A DNA stretch of 64,000 nt, from positions 31,494 through 95,493 of the forward strand of contig JAFPZK010000016.1 in NCBI GenBank assembly GCA_017417315.1, written 5' to 3'. The position numbers were made by a program, and so were the translations under genes. Positions within the stretch are counted from its first letter, which is position 1. Every line of letters begins with the position of its first letter. Below the pieces are notes generated by a model that was not told where the DNA came from, made no database searches, and saw nothing but the letters and a program-made list of their open reading frames with translations. Positions 19,010-27,996 of the stretch are shown one piece after another. This DNA comes from Bacteroidales bacterium. GTDB taxonomy: Bacteria > Bacteroidota > Bacteroidia > Bacteroidales > UBA3824.

Positions 19010-19371
19010 TACTTTGCTTTATCTTCGATAATCCGTTTTATTTCAGAGATTTCGCTATCCGAAATTTTTTCTTCGTCTACCATATACGAAACCATCGTTT
19101 GATAACTACCGTCGAAATAATTTCTTAGCATTTGCGAAAAAGTAAACTTTTTGTATTGAAGTTTTGAGACCCTCGGGAAATACTGATAAGTTTTACCATA
19201 CGCCTTAAAGTCCACAAACCCCTTATCTTTCAAGATTCTTACGACCGAACTTATCGTGTTGTACGGCGGTTTCGGTTCGTTGATTTCCTCAATGATGTCT
19301 TTTACGAAAGCCTTTTTCAACTTCCATAAAATCTGCATCACTTTTTCTTCCGTTTTTGTGAGTTGTTCCAT
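19009..19371 (-). CDS. BlaI/MecI/CopY-family transcriptional repressor
   Basis: 120-aa winged-helix repressor pattern (LTKTEEKVMQILW...). Its stop overlaps the BlaR1-like start. Confidence 0.85.
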   Translation of the reverse strand: MEQLTKTEEKVMQILWKLKKAFVKDIIEEINEPKPPYNTISSVVRILKDKGFVDFKAYGKTYQYFPRVSKLQYKKFTFSQMLRNYFDGSYQTMVSYMVDEEKISDSEISEIKRIIEDKAK

Positions 19372-19391
19372 AGTAAAAATAGTTTTTGTTA

Positions 19392-19407
19392 AACTGAATA
19401 ATCAGTT
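19392..19407. promoter_or_regulatory. Palindromic operator candidate AACTGA-ATAA-TCAGTT
   Basis: Perfect 6-bp half-sites with a 4-nt spacer, 21 nt upstream of the blaI-like ATG. Confidence 0.5.
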
Positions 19408-19467
19408 GTTTAATTGACAATGCAATTTTATAACTTATTTTTCAGTTTTCAAAATTTATTTATCAGT

Positions 19468-19493
19468 TTTATAACTGATTTTTCAGTTATAAA
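19468..19493. promoter_or_regulatory. Palindromic operator candidate TTTATAACTGA-TTTT-TCAGTTATAAA
   Basis: Perfect 11-bp arms sharing the ACTGA-N4-TCAGT core of the proximal site. Extra half-sites (TTCAGTT, ATCAGTT) lie at 19441-19468. Confidence 0.5.
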
Positions 19494-19554
19494 CGATATT
19501 TTTGTAATTTTTTATGTATTATATTGAGTAAGAAGTGGTTATGTAAAAAATATT

Positions 19555-21048
19555 TTAGTTAAAAAGTTTTAAATTCTTTATAATTTTTCTTGAAATTTTG
19601 ATTAAATCGCCCACAGTTTTGATATTTTCGATGTCTTCGTTCTCGAAATTAATGTCAAATTCTTGTTCTGCGGCGATTATTAGGCGTATTGCATCGTTTT
19701 CTTCGAGTTCAAGTTCAGGATTTATGTTTTTTTCGCTCGTAATATCGGCTGTTAATGAAAGAATTGCTTTCTTTACGTATTCTTGCGTGAAAATATCTTT
19801 TAGCCCCGTATCTTGGGTTTTGCAGTCTAAATTGTTGAGCCTCGGACGAATTTTAGACAATAATTGCTCCGTCAGTTCGTTGTAGTCGGGACATTCGTCT
19901 TTGAGGTTATCCTCTAAGTTGTTGTATACGGAAAGAAGTGTTTTACAGGTATCGTCTACACGGTCAAGAGTTTTGTCGTTAGAGGAATAGGCTTCTGCAA
20001 GGTCGTAAAGAGCCTCCAAAATTTCTGTTTCCGGCGTGAAGTCCGGGTGCATGGTTTGAACCCGTTGTTCATAACAAGATATAGCCTCTCTTGTGTAACC
20101 GAGTTTGTCGTATGTTAGAGCGAGGCTGCGGTATATTCCCGGTAGTGCCGCTTCCGAATGGTTTTGAGACAATTCTTCTTGAAAATACAATACGGCGTTT
20201 TCGTATTCGCCTTTTTTATAAAGCGTGTATGCGATAAGGTGTATGACATCTCTTATGCCGTCAAGGTCGCCTTGCTGACGTTTAATTTTTTCACATTCTT
20301 TGAAAGCAGAGGCAGCCTCGTCGTATTTTTCGAGGCTTAAAAGTATTTCGCCGTAAAGTTTCAGTTTATCCGGCAAGGATTCAATTTCGCCGTATTCGCG
20401 GTTGATTTCTATTGCTTCTTCGATTTGTTTTTGTGCTTTGAAATGTTTTTCTTCCAAATGGTAAATTTGTGCGAGATAGTAAAGTGCTTCGTCAAGATAG
20501 CCTATCCCGTCAATGTTTTGTGAAATGTCAACGGCTATTTCGAGAATTTTTTCGGCGTTAGGATAATCGTTTTCTTGACAAAGACATTTCGCCTGACCGA
20601 TGAGGCTGAGCGAAACTCCACGGACGTTTTTTTGATTATGAAACATATCGGTGGACTTTTCAAAATGTTTGAAGGCTTTTTCGTATTTGTTAGTGTCGAA
20701 TTTTTTTGAATATTCTAACATTCCCAAACAATATTCAGCAACTGCGCCGTTAGCTTCGTCGCCGAGTTCTTTGAAAAGTTTTGCCGCTTTGTTTAAATAC
20801 AGAGAAGCACCGTAATACGATTCCGCAAAAATTTGCCCCGTTTTAAGACAAATTGAAGCGTTTTTTTTCTTGTCGCCGTTTTTATACATTTCCAACAGCC
20901 TGAATGCGGAGGCAAGCGCAGATTTTTTGTCGCCCGTCTTGAAATACAAATCGGTAAGCGTTTCTCTGTATTCAGCCGCTTTTTCGGTGTCGCCTTTGCT
21001 CTCAGCCAATCTGAGCAACATTACGGTATTTGAAATCTCCCTATTCAT
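19555..21048 (-). CDS. TPR-repeat protein with a C-terminal ACP-like (PP-binding-like) domain lacking the Ser
   Basis: Multiple 34-aa TPR-like units. The last roughly 75 aa align with E. coli ACP helices II-IV (AIRLIIAAEQEFDINFENEDIENIKTVGDLIKI), but Glu/Asn stand in place of the DSL serine. Confidence 0.65.
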   Translation of the reverse strand: MNREISNTVMLLRLAESKGDTEKAAEYRETLTDLYFKTGDKKSALASAFRLLEMYKNGDKKKNASICLKTGQIFAESYYGASLYLNKAAKLFKELGDEANGAVAEYCLGMLEYSKKFDTNKYEKAFKHFEKSTDMFHNQKNVRGVSLSLIGQAKCLCQENDYPNAEKILEIAVDISQNIDGIGYLDEALYYLAQIYHLEEKHFKAQKQIEEAIEINREYGEIESLPDKLKLYGEILLSLEKYDEAASAFKECEKIKRQQGDLDGIRDVIHLIAYTLYKKGEYENAVLYFQEELSQNHSEAALPGIYRSLALTYDKLGYTREAISCYEQRVQTMHPDFTPETEILEALYDLAEAYSSNDKTLDRVDDTCKTLLSVYNNLEDNLKDECPDYNELTEQLLSKIRPRLNNLDCKTQDTGLKDIFTQEYVKKAILSLTADITSEKNINPELELEENDAIRLIIAAEQEFDINFENEDIENIKTVGDLIKISRKIIKNLKLFN

Positions 21049-21129
21049 AATGAAAAAAGTTTTGCCAAATGTATGTATTTTTATTCTTAATAAAAAATTT
21101 TATTTGCTTTTGTTTTGATAAAAATGTTT

Positions 21130-21137
21130 TAATTTTG
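21130..21137 (+). promoter_or_regulatory. TAnnTTTG promoter motif (TAATTTTG) for upp
   Basis: Exact motif 26 nt upstream of the ATG at 21163. Confidence 0.5.
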
Positions 21138-21162
21138 CGGCAAAAACTTATTTTATTGAAGT

Positions 21163-21819
21163 ATGAAAATACATTGTTTGTCAGACAAAAATTCCACAGC
21201 AGGAAATTTTATCGCTCAAATGCGCGATATTAATATTCAAAAGGATTCGTTAAGATTCCGTAACAACATCAAACGCCTTTCGCATATTTTGGCTTACGAA
21301 ATTTCGCAAGAACTTGATTTTGAGGAAATTTTGGTAACAACACCGCTTGATAAGGCTAAATGCAGTGTCATAAAAGATAAAATTGTTATCGCATCGGTTT
21401 TGCGTGCGGGACTACCTATGCACGAAGGCTTTATTGATATTTTTGACAATGCAGAAAATGCGTTTCTTTCAGAATACAGGGCTTATAATCCCGACGGAAA
21501 AACTTTTGAAATAAAGTTTGAATACATGGCTTCGCCCGAAATTGAAGGCAAAACTCTGATTATCGTTGATCCGATGTTAGCGACGGGGGCAAGTATTCTT
21601 GTTGCAATGAACGGTCTTATGAAAAACGGCAAACCGAAGCACATACATTTTGCGTCTATTTTTTCGTCAGAGCAGGGAATAGAAACTTTGAAAAATAACA
21701 TTGACGAAGACCTTTGTGATATTTGGACGGCTGTTACAGACCCGCACTTAAATTCTCACGGATATATCGTGCCGGGGTTAGGAGATGCCGGAGATTTATG
21801 TTTCGGAGCAAAACTTTAA
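21163..21819 (+). CDS. upp: Uracil phosphoribosyltransferase
   Basis: VDPMLATGAS PRPP loop, C-terminal YIVPGLGDAGD, 218 aa. Confidence 0.9.
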   Translation: MKIHCLSDKNSTAGNFIAQMRDINIQKDSLRFRNNIKRLSHILAYEISQELDFEEILVTTPLDKAKCSVIKDKIVIASVLRAGLPMHEGFIDIFDNAENAFLSEYRAYNPDGKTFEIKFEYMASPEIEGKTLIIVDPMLATGASILVAMNGLMKNGKPKHIHFASIFSSEQGIETLKNNIDEDLCDIWTAVTDPHLNSHGYIVPGLGDAGDLCFGAKL

Positions 21820-21854
21820 AAAAAAACAGACAGGCGTTTTTTTACGTCTGTCTG
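21819..21854 (-). terminator. Hairpin terminator overlapping the 3' end of the ABC-2 permease gene
   Basis: 10-bp stem CAGACAGGCG/CGTCTGTCTG (one G-U pair), followed on the minus strand by a U-run (A-run 21819-21827 on plus). Confidence 0.5.
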
Positions 21855-23005
21855 TGTAATGCTTTTCTTAGTTTTTTTGTATAAATCAAACATGCAATAA
21901 GAAAATATACCGCAGTTTGAATTGCAATTCCTTTCATCTCGAATGACACATCGGAAATTGATGCGCCCATACCTGAAATTCTCATGTAAGCGTTTAGCCC
22001 GAATGTTGACGGGAAAAGATATGAGAAATATTTTATGCCTTCCGGGATTGCCGAGCCGGGCCAAGAAAGTCCGCACATAAAATACAGCGGCAACGACATA
22101 AAGACGAAAATTAGCATACAATCTTCACGTCTGAAAATCATATAACTTAATACCATTCCTAAAAAGCAACAAGCGGTGATATAAGGAATAAAAAACAAAA
22201 TAAAATCCCAATAATGACCGAGTTGCGGCAAATCGAAAAGTTTTGTTACTACAACAAAGGCATAAAGTCCGTGAATGATGTACAACATTAAGTAAAACAG
22301 CATTTTACCTAAAACAATTTCGACGGAATTTCTGTAATAACGGTTCAGCGGAATTACAAAACCTCCGTTTTGTTCTCTGCTGCGTCCCATACTCATACCG
22401 ATACCCAAAAACAAAGACTGCTGAAATATCATCATCAGAATAGGCGGAATCATAAACGCCGCATAACCGCTTTGCGTGTTATAGAGCGGAGTATGCTGAT
22501 AATCAATCGGTGTTGCCATAATTTCAGCCTCACGGTCGGTTTTAGGTCTCATATAGTTGTTGACCTTGATTCTGCGGTTCATTGCGATAGAAACGTTGCT
22601 GCAAGCCGATGCAGCACATTTGTAGTAAACCATACTCATCATGTTGCAATACAATCCTACTACGGTTTGACGACCTTTGTTGAGCGCAGTTTCAAAATCT
22701 CTGTCAATATGAATGACGGCGTATGCTTTTTGTTGTTCTATCATAGCGTATGCTTCGTTCATATTCAAGCAATTACCGACTATCTTGACGTCAGGCGTAG
22801 CATCTACTTTGCGGATAAATTCTCTACTGAGTGTAGATTTGCTGTCGTCAACAACGACAACGGGAGTATCTCTCTGAACCTCAGGCGTATACACGTATGC
22901 GTAAAGCAACGGGTAAGCAAGCGGTAATATTATCACGAAAAGGATAATTCCGACATCGTGAAACACCGTCCGCAATTCATCATACCATATTTTTGTGATG
23001 TTCAT
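21842..23005 (-). CDS. ABC-2-type transporter permease (YhhJ-like)
   Basis: N-terminal TM, large periplasmic loop, and five C-terminal TM helices. Paralogous layout to the upstream gene. Confidence 0.75.
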   Translation of the reverse strand: MNITKIWYDELRTVFHDVGIILFVIILPLAYPLLYAYVYTPEVQRDTPVVVVDDSKSTLSREFIRKVDATPDVKIVGNCLNMNEAYAMIEQQKAYAVIHIDRDFETALNKGRQTVVGLYCNMMSMVYYKCAASACSNVSIAMNRRIKVNNYMRPKTDREAEIMATPIDYQHTPLYNTQSGYAAFMIPPILMMIFQQSLFLGIGMSMGRSREQNGGFVIPLNRYYRNSVEIVLGKMLFYLMLYIIHGLYAFVVVTKLFDLPQLGHYWDFILFFIPYITACCFLGMVLSYMIFRREDCMLIFVFMSLPLYFMCGLSWPGSAIPEGIKYFSYLFPSTFGLNAYMRISGMGASISDVSFEMKGIAIQTAVYFLIACLIYTKKLRKALHRQT

Positions 23006-23014
23006 AATTTTTTT

Positions 23015-24187
23015 TTACGGTTTGTATTCTACATATTTGAAAGCGTGTGCTATCCTAAACAGCATTGTCAGCGGCAAAAGGCAAATTAATAACAAAGCCA
23101 CTATTGACGGCCATGCGTAAACCAATTTGAAACCGTTCAACGCCTGATTAACATACAGCATATAATAATGTCTTAACGGACTTATCCACGCAAGATATTG
23201 AAACACAGGCTTCATTGCCGTCAGCGGAAACGTAAAGCCGCAGACCGAAATCTGCAAAACTCCGAATAACGAACAAGCACTCATACCCATTCTCAGCGTT
23301 AAAAATATTCCGAAAAAGAACACCGCCAATGCCTGTGAAGCAAAAATGCAAAGCCAGCCGGCACAAAGTATTCTTATCAGACTGACATTCAACGGAAAAC
23401 CCTGATATTTGTAAAAATACACGTCAATCAGAGTCATCAAAACGCAATATAAAAGCGTTTGAGGCCAAAGTTTTCCGGCAAGGGCTATTGTAGAACTCTC
23501 GCCAGCCATTTCAAAAAGTTCTTTTTGCGTTCCCATTTTCCATTCGTAACCGATAGTGTACGCCGTAAACAGCATGATTATCAGGAAGAAAAGTCCCGGA
23601 ACGACAATGTTATTAAGGTAAACCGAATAGTTAAGACCGGGGTTTGCGATAGGGTGCGTTTCTATTGAAATCGGCTGCAAAATGCCCATCATCAAACTCG
23701 TCGGAACACCTTTCGCACTCAGTGTCGCCCTTGTAACCGCTAAACCTGCAAGTTCGGAAGTCATTTGAAGGTCTTTCATCAAAAGGCTTCCGGCAGCATA
23801 CCAAGTGTCGGCAGTGTAGAAAGAAATCTGCGGACGGCGGCTCGCTAAGGCCTTATCGGTCGTGTTTCGTGGAATGTAGAAAAAGGCATAAATTTCGCCC
23901 CTCTGCATAGCCTTACGCGCCTCGCTGAAACTACCGTAATGTGCCTTAATGTCAGTATTTTGCATCGAACCGAGTATTCTGACGATACTGCGGGTTGTAG
24001 AAGTGTTATCTTCGTCAACAACGCCGCACGGCATTTTGTCAGGCGTTCCGCTGCGCATTATCTGAGTAAAGTATATCAGACACAAAAGCGGTGCTATCAA
24101 TATGACAAACAGATACATAGGACGGTGCGAGAAAATTCCTATTTCCCGCAAACCGATTCTAAATATCCGTGCAATAACTTCTCTCAT
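23015..24187 (-). CDS. ABC-2-type transporter permease
   Basis: Same topology as 21842-23005. Part of the TolC-HlyD-permease-permease operon; no ATPase gene is present. Confidence 0.75.
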   Translation of the reverse strand: MREVIARIFRIGLREIGIFSHRPMYLFVILIAPLLCLIYFTQIMRSGTPDKMPCGVVDEDNTSTTRSIVRILGSMQNTDIKAHYGSFSEARKAMQRGEIYAFFYIPRNTTDKALASRRPQISFYTADTWYAAGSLLMKDLQMTSELAGLAVTRATLSAKGVPTSLMMGILQPISIETHPIANPGLNYSVYLNNIVVPGLFFLIIMLFTAYTIGYEWKMGTQKELFEMAGESSTIALAGKLWPQTLLYCVLMTLIDVYFYKYQGFPLNVSLIRILCAGWLCIFASQALAVFFFGIFLTLRMGMSACSLFGVLQISVCGFTFPLTAMKPVFQYLAWISPLRHYYMLYVNQALNGFKLVYAWPSIVALLLICLLPLTMLFRIAHAFKYVEYKP

Positions 24188-24205
24188 TGTTAATTATTAA
24201 TTATT

Positions 24206-24272
24206 CATTGTCAATTGTCAACTGTCAATTTGTCAATTGCAACTGTCAATTGCAACTGTCAATTGTCAATTA
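24206..24272. repeat. Seven tandem TGTCAA(T/C) units (TTGACA on the coding strand) filling the hlyD-permease spacer
   Basis: TGTCA at 24209, 24216, 24223, 24231, 24244, 24257 and 24264, giving several CAATTG palindromes. Confidence 0.85.
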
Positions 24273-25250
24273 TTTAAGTACCGCTGACATTCCGACACAA
24301 ATACCGTCAACTTCCGTCTGATTCAATGGTTTGGCTTGAACTTCAAAAGTTTTTAAATCGTATTTGTCAAGTGCTTTTGTGGCTTTCCAAGCGGCAAAAT
24401 TTCCGACGTTTTTCATACGGGTAATTTTTACGTCCACTTCTTTGTTAAGGGCGGGAATGAAAACTTTCTTTTGGTCGTTGACTTTTATTCCCGGCAGATA
24501 ATCTTCTCTGACAGAAAATACAAACCAGTAATCACCCGTTTTAGAAATGTTCATAATTGGAGAGCCTGTGCCGACAAGTTCGCCGAGTTCAGGATAAATT
24601 TCTGTGATTTCACCGTCAGCCGTAGCGATTAAAACCATCTCGTCGATGTATGACGAAACTTCGCTGATAGCACCTTTTGCACGTTCAACCTGAGCGCGGG
24701 CTGCGGCTTTGTCCTCTTGTTGAGCACCGTTGACAGCCATGTCGTACTGAGATTTAGCGGCTTTTTCGGTTGCCTGCATTGCATCGTAATTGGCTTTTGC
24801 CTCGTCGCGTTTTTGAGCAGCGATTACGCCTTCTTTGAAAAGGTTTTCAGCGCGGTCGTAAGTAGCTTTTGCGAGTTCGAGACCGGCTTTTGCTTTCTGC
24901 CAAATCTCGTATGCGCCTTGAATCTGTTCTTTACGCGCACCATTTTGAGCCTTGTTTTCAATGGCTTTTGCTGCTGAATAAGCAGCGTTTGCCTGAGAAA
25001 GTTTTGCCATAATGTCGGGTGCTTCAAGGATAGCGAGGGTGTCGCCTTTTTTGACGCGGTCGCCTTCTTCAAAACGGATTTCGGCTATTCTGCCCGGCAC
25101 TTTTGAGGACACTCTGTAAGAGGTTGCCTCAGTTTCGCCTTGAATTACTTCTTCGGGGTCGGTCTTTGTCAAACCGATAATTATTACTACTGCTATTACG
25201 GCTAAAATCACTGCCGCAAACAACAAATTTGCCGTTACTTTTCTGTTCAT
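24270..25250 (-). CDS. HlyD-family membrane fusion (periplasmic adaptor) protein
   Basis: N-terminal TM, lipoyl-like motif VKKGDTLAILE, long coiled-coil hairpin, and beta-barrel C-terminus. Confidence 0.8.
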   Translation of the reverse strand: MNRKVTANLLFAAVILAVIAVVIIIGLTKTDPEEVIQGETEATSYRVSSKVPGRIAEIRFEEGDRVKKGDTLAILEAPDIMAKLSQANAAYSAAKAIENKAQNGARKEQIQGAYEIWQKAKAGLELAKATYDRAENLFKEGVIAAQKRDEAKANYDAMQATEKAAKSQYDMAVNGAQQEDKAAARAQVERAKGAISEVSSYIDEMVLIATADGEITEIYPELGELVGTGSPIMNISKTGDYWFVFSVREDYLPGIKVNDQKKVFIPALNKEVDVKITRMKNVGNFAAWKATKALDKYDLKTFEVQAKPLNQTEVDGICVGMSAVLK

Positions 25251-25273
25251 TTTATTTAATGTTTTTTATATCC

Positions 25274-26836
25274 TTAATAAGTTAATCTTCCCGTTGCTTT
25301 GTTTAAATAAAGTTGAGCGAGTTTGAGGTCTATTTTCGCCTGAACCATAGTTGATTGTGCTTTCAACCAACCGGTCTGCGCTTCCAAAACGTTTGATACG
25401 GGAATCACACCTTCTTTTAAACCGACGTTAGCGTACCGCAAATTTTCAGTCGCCGATTGAAGACTTTTTTGTGCCGTTGAGAGCCTTTTTGCCGCTTCAA
25501 CAACTTTTTGTGAAGACTGTTTTACTTGAAGTTCAATTTTTTCTTGCGTTTCTTCTAACTTGCAAGCGGCTTTTTCGGCTTCAAGTTTTGCGACGCGGGT
25601 TTTGTAAATGCGTTCGCCAGAGGTTATAATCGGAATTTTAACGCCGACACCTACCGTCCACATTCCCTTCATTTTGTTTTCAAAACCGTCAAAACATGAC
25701 GGATTTGTCCATGTATAACCGCCGGTTAAAGCCACATTCGGCAAAAATTCAGCACGGGCAACGTTGATTTTCTGCTCGTAAATTTTATCTGCGAGTTCCA
25801 AAGCACGAAGTTCGGGACGGTTGACGTTTTTACCGTCAATGTTCGTTGTATCAATATTTTCCGCCTCTGAAATGTCGGACAAGGTTACAATATCGTCATT
25901 ATTGGAGTCCGCTAACGTGAAATCGCTGTCAAGCGGCATTCCGCAAATTTGACACAAAAGCATTTTGCAAAGAGCTAAACCGTTTTCTACCTGAATGATA
26001 GTAACTTCGGCTTCGTTGAGTTTTACTTTTACGCTAAGACCGTCGGCTTTTGTCGCAAAACCGTTTTCAACAAGTTTATCAACGTTTTTGTCTAAGGTTC
26101 TCAGCAATGTAGCGTAACTTTCCGCAAGTTTTTTCTTACTTTCAAGTGAGACGATTTGCCAATAAGCCTCGTCAACTTTTACGATAATTTCTTGATTAGC
26201 AAGTTCGTTTTTGTTTTCCTCCACTTGATAGAGGTAATCAGTAATTTTATTGTAAGCGACGATTTTTCCGCCCATATAAATAGGCTGTGTCAGCATTATG
26301 CTTGCTAAAAAGATATTGTGCGTGTTGAGGGTCAGAGCATCGGCAATTTCGTTTCCGACACCGCTTACCATACCGAGTGCCGATTCTATACGTCCCGGAC
26401 TTTGAATCGCCTGAACAAGTTGAGGCATATAATTTTGAACCGCTTGCGCTAACTGCGGATTTGCTTGAAGCAATTGCAAAAATTGCGGATTCTGTTGAAG
26501 TTGTTGAATCTGCTGCAAAATTCCGGTTTTTGCCTCGTTGATTTGTCCCGTTAAATTAGTTCCTACGCCGCGCAGTTTTTCTTCTTGTTCTTCGCTGATA
26601 AGGTTGATGTTTTTGCTTGTGTAAACGTATGCTCCGAGAGCGTTAACCCTCGGAAGGTATTTTGAAAATGCCGTTTTTTTGTTATATTCGGCAATTTCCT
26701 TGTCAATAGCCGACATTCTCAAATCTTTGTTGCCGTTGATTGCCATTATTCTGCAACTGTCTAATGTTAAGACGGTTTGAGCATTTGTTAGGCCACCGAA
26801 AAGCAACACTGAAACTATGATTAAAAGCCTTTTCAT
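25274..26836 (-). CDS. TolC-family outer-membrane efflux protein with a Gln-rich insert
   Basis: Signal peptide and two TolC-like repeat halves. Residues about 107-145 are LQQIQQLQQNPQFLQLLQANPQLAQAVQNYMPQLVQAIQ. Confidence 0.8.
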   Translation of the reverse strand: MKRLLIIVSVLLFGGLTNAQTVLTLDSCRIMAINGNKDLRMSAIDKEIAEYNKKTAFSKYLPRVNALGAYVYTSKNINLISEEQEEKLRGVGTNLTGQINEAKTGILQQIQQLQQNPQFLQLLQANPQLAQAVQNYMPQLVQAIQSPGRIESALGMVSGVGNEIADALTLNTHNIFLASIMLTQPIYMGGKIVAYNKITDYLYQVEENKNELANQEIIVKVDEAYWQIVSLESKKKLAESYATLLRTLDKNVDKLVENGFATKADGLSVKVKLNEAEVTIIQVENGLALCKMLLCQICGMPLDSDFTLADSNNDDIVTLSDISEAENIDTTNIDGKNVNRPELRALELADKIYEQKINVARAEFLPNVALTGGYTWTNPSCFDGFENKMKGMWTVGVGVKIPIITSGERIYKTRVAKLEAEKAACKLEETQEKIELQVKQSSQKVVEAAKRLSTAQKSLQSATENLRYANVGLKEGVIPVSNVLEAQTGWLKAQSTMVQAKIDLKLAQLYLNKATGRLTY

Positions 26837-26998
26837 TTTTGCAAAAAATTTTTTGCAAAATTACTTCAAAAATTTCGTTTATCAAACAAAAAAATATAAA
26901 AAATTAATAGTGAAAAAAATTTTTGAAATCAAAAAGTATTTGTAATTTTGCGGCGACAATATCAAAAAAATCATTAAAAAGTTTTAAAAAATTTAATT

Positions 26999-27676
26999 AT
27001 GAAAAAATTAACTTATTTAGCGGCTTCAGCAGTTCTTGCCGTTTCCTTGCTTTCTTCTTGCGGCGGAAACAAAAACGCTAACAACGACAAAAATGCTCCG
27101 GCTACGGAACAAACAGCTACACAGGAAGATGCAGCAGCTAAGGCAGCAGCTGAAAAAGCAGCAGCAGAGGAAAAAGCACTTGCAGGCGCAACAGAATTTT
27201 TCGGTTGGATTAAATCTATTGACGGAAAAAACGTAACAATCGCAAACGCTGACGGTCAAGAAATCACTGTTACTATTCCTAACGCAGGCGACGAACTTAT
27301 CGAAGGTTCTCCTATCACTATTAAATACATCGAAGTTGACGGTGCTAAGAAATCTGCAACTGATAATGAAAAATCGGTAAAACTTTCTCAAAACTTCAAA
27401 AAACTTCTTGGTAAATGGGGTACGGGCAAAGATAATGCCGAAATCACATTTGAACTCCGTAAAAGCGGTAAATGTAAAAATGTTGGTAAAGGTCAGAACG
27501 CACAGTTCAAATCTTGGCGTTTGAAAGACGATCAAACCATCGAATTTGAAGTTGAAGCAAACGGCAAATCATTCTTTATGCCTTGGACTGTTGATGGTCT
27601 TGCTGATGATGAAATGAATCTTGTAAACGGCGAGTCTAAATTGGCTATGAAACGTATTGATTCTAATCGCGAATAA
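26999..27676 (+). CDS. Lipoprotein of unknown function with an Ala/Glu/Lys-rich linker
   Basis: Lipobox LLSSC, AAAKAAAEKAAAEEKA linker, then a roughly 150-aa beta-rich domain. Confidence 0.5.
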   Translation: MKKLTYLAASAVLAVSLLSSCGGNKNANNDKNAPATEQTATQEDAAAKAAAEKAAAEEKALAGATEFFGWIKSIDGKNVTIANADGQEITVTIPNAGDELIEGSPITIKYIEVDGAKKSATDNEKSVKLSQNFKKLLGKWGTGKDNAEITFELRKSGKCKNVGKGQNAQFKSWRLKDDQTIEFEVEANGKSFFMPWTVDGLADDEMNLVNGESKLAMKRIDSNRE

Positions 27677-27718
27677 AGAAGGTATTTTACATAGTATTTT
27701 ATAAGTTTTAAAAGGTTG

Positions 27719-27759
27719 ATACCCTGTTTTGATGTTTATCAAGACGGGGTATTTTTTTT
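27719..27759 (+). terminator. Rho-independent terminator
   Basis: Roughly 14-bp stem ATACCCTGTTTTGAT/ATCAAGACGGGGTAT (G-U pairs) followed by T8. Confidence 0.75.
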
Positions 27760-27996
27760 AACATTTTTTTGCATAGGGTTTTCATCTTTTACCGTGTTAT
27801 AAAAGTGAAAACAAATTTAGGCTACCTGAATTAAAATATATATGTATTCTGATTGAAAGTTTTTTTGATGATGTGTTTATATTGTTAGTTGTTACAAAGG
27901 TTAAAGTTCTCCTGAAAAAAGAGCTGTGATTTTATTTTTTTTGAGAAAGGAAAGCAGTGCTTTTTTTTGAAAAAAAGAGAAGTGCTGCTTTTTTTT

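Noticed and set aside
22370-22927. 185-aa plus-strand ORF
   Set aside because: It lies entirely antisense within the ABC-2 permease gene. Its composition is His/Arg/Cys-rich and it has no start context.
24206-24272. TGTCAAT repeat tract as a possible CRISPR array
   Set aside because: The units are 7-13 nt with no unique spacers of CRISPR length, and no cas genes are present.
27026-27535. 169-aa Cys-rich minus-strand ORF
   Set aside because: It is antisense to the well-supported lipoprotein gene 26999-27676. The Cys/Phe-rich sequence comes from reading GCA/GAA-rich codons backwards.
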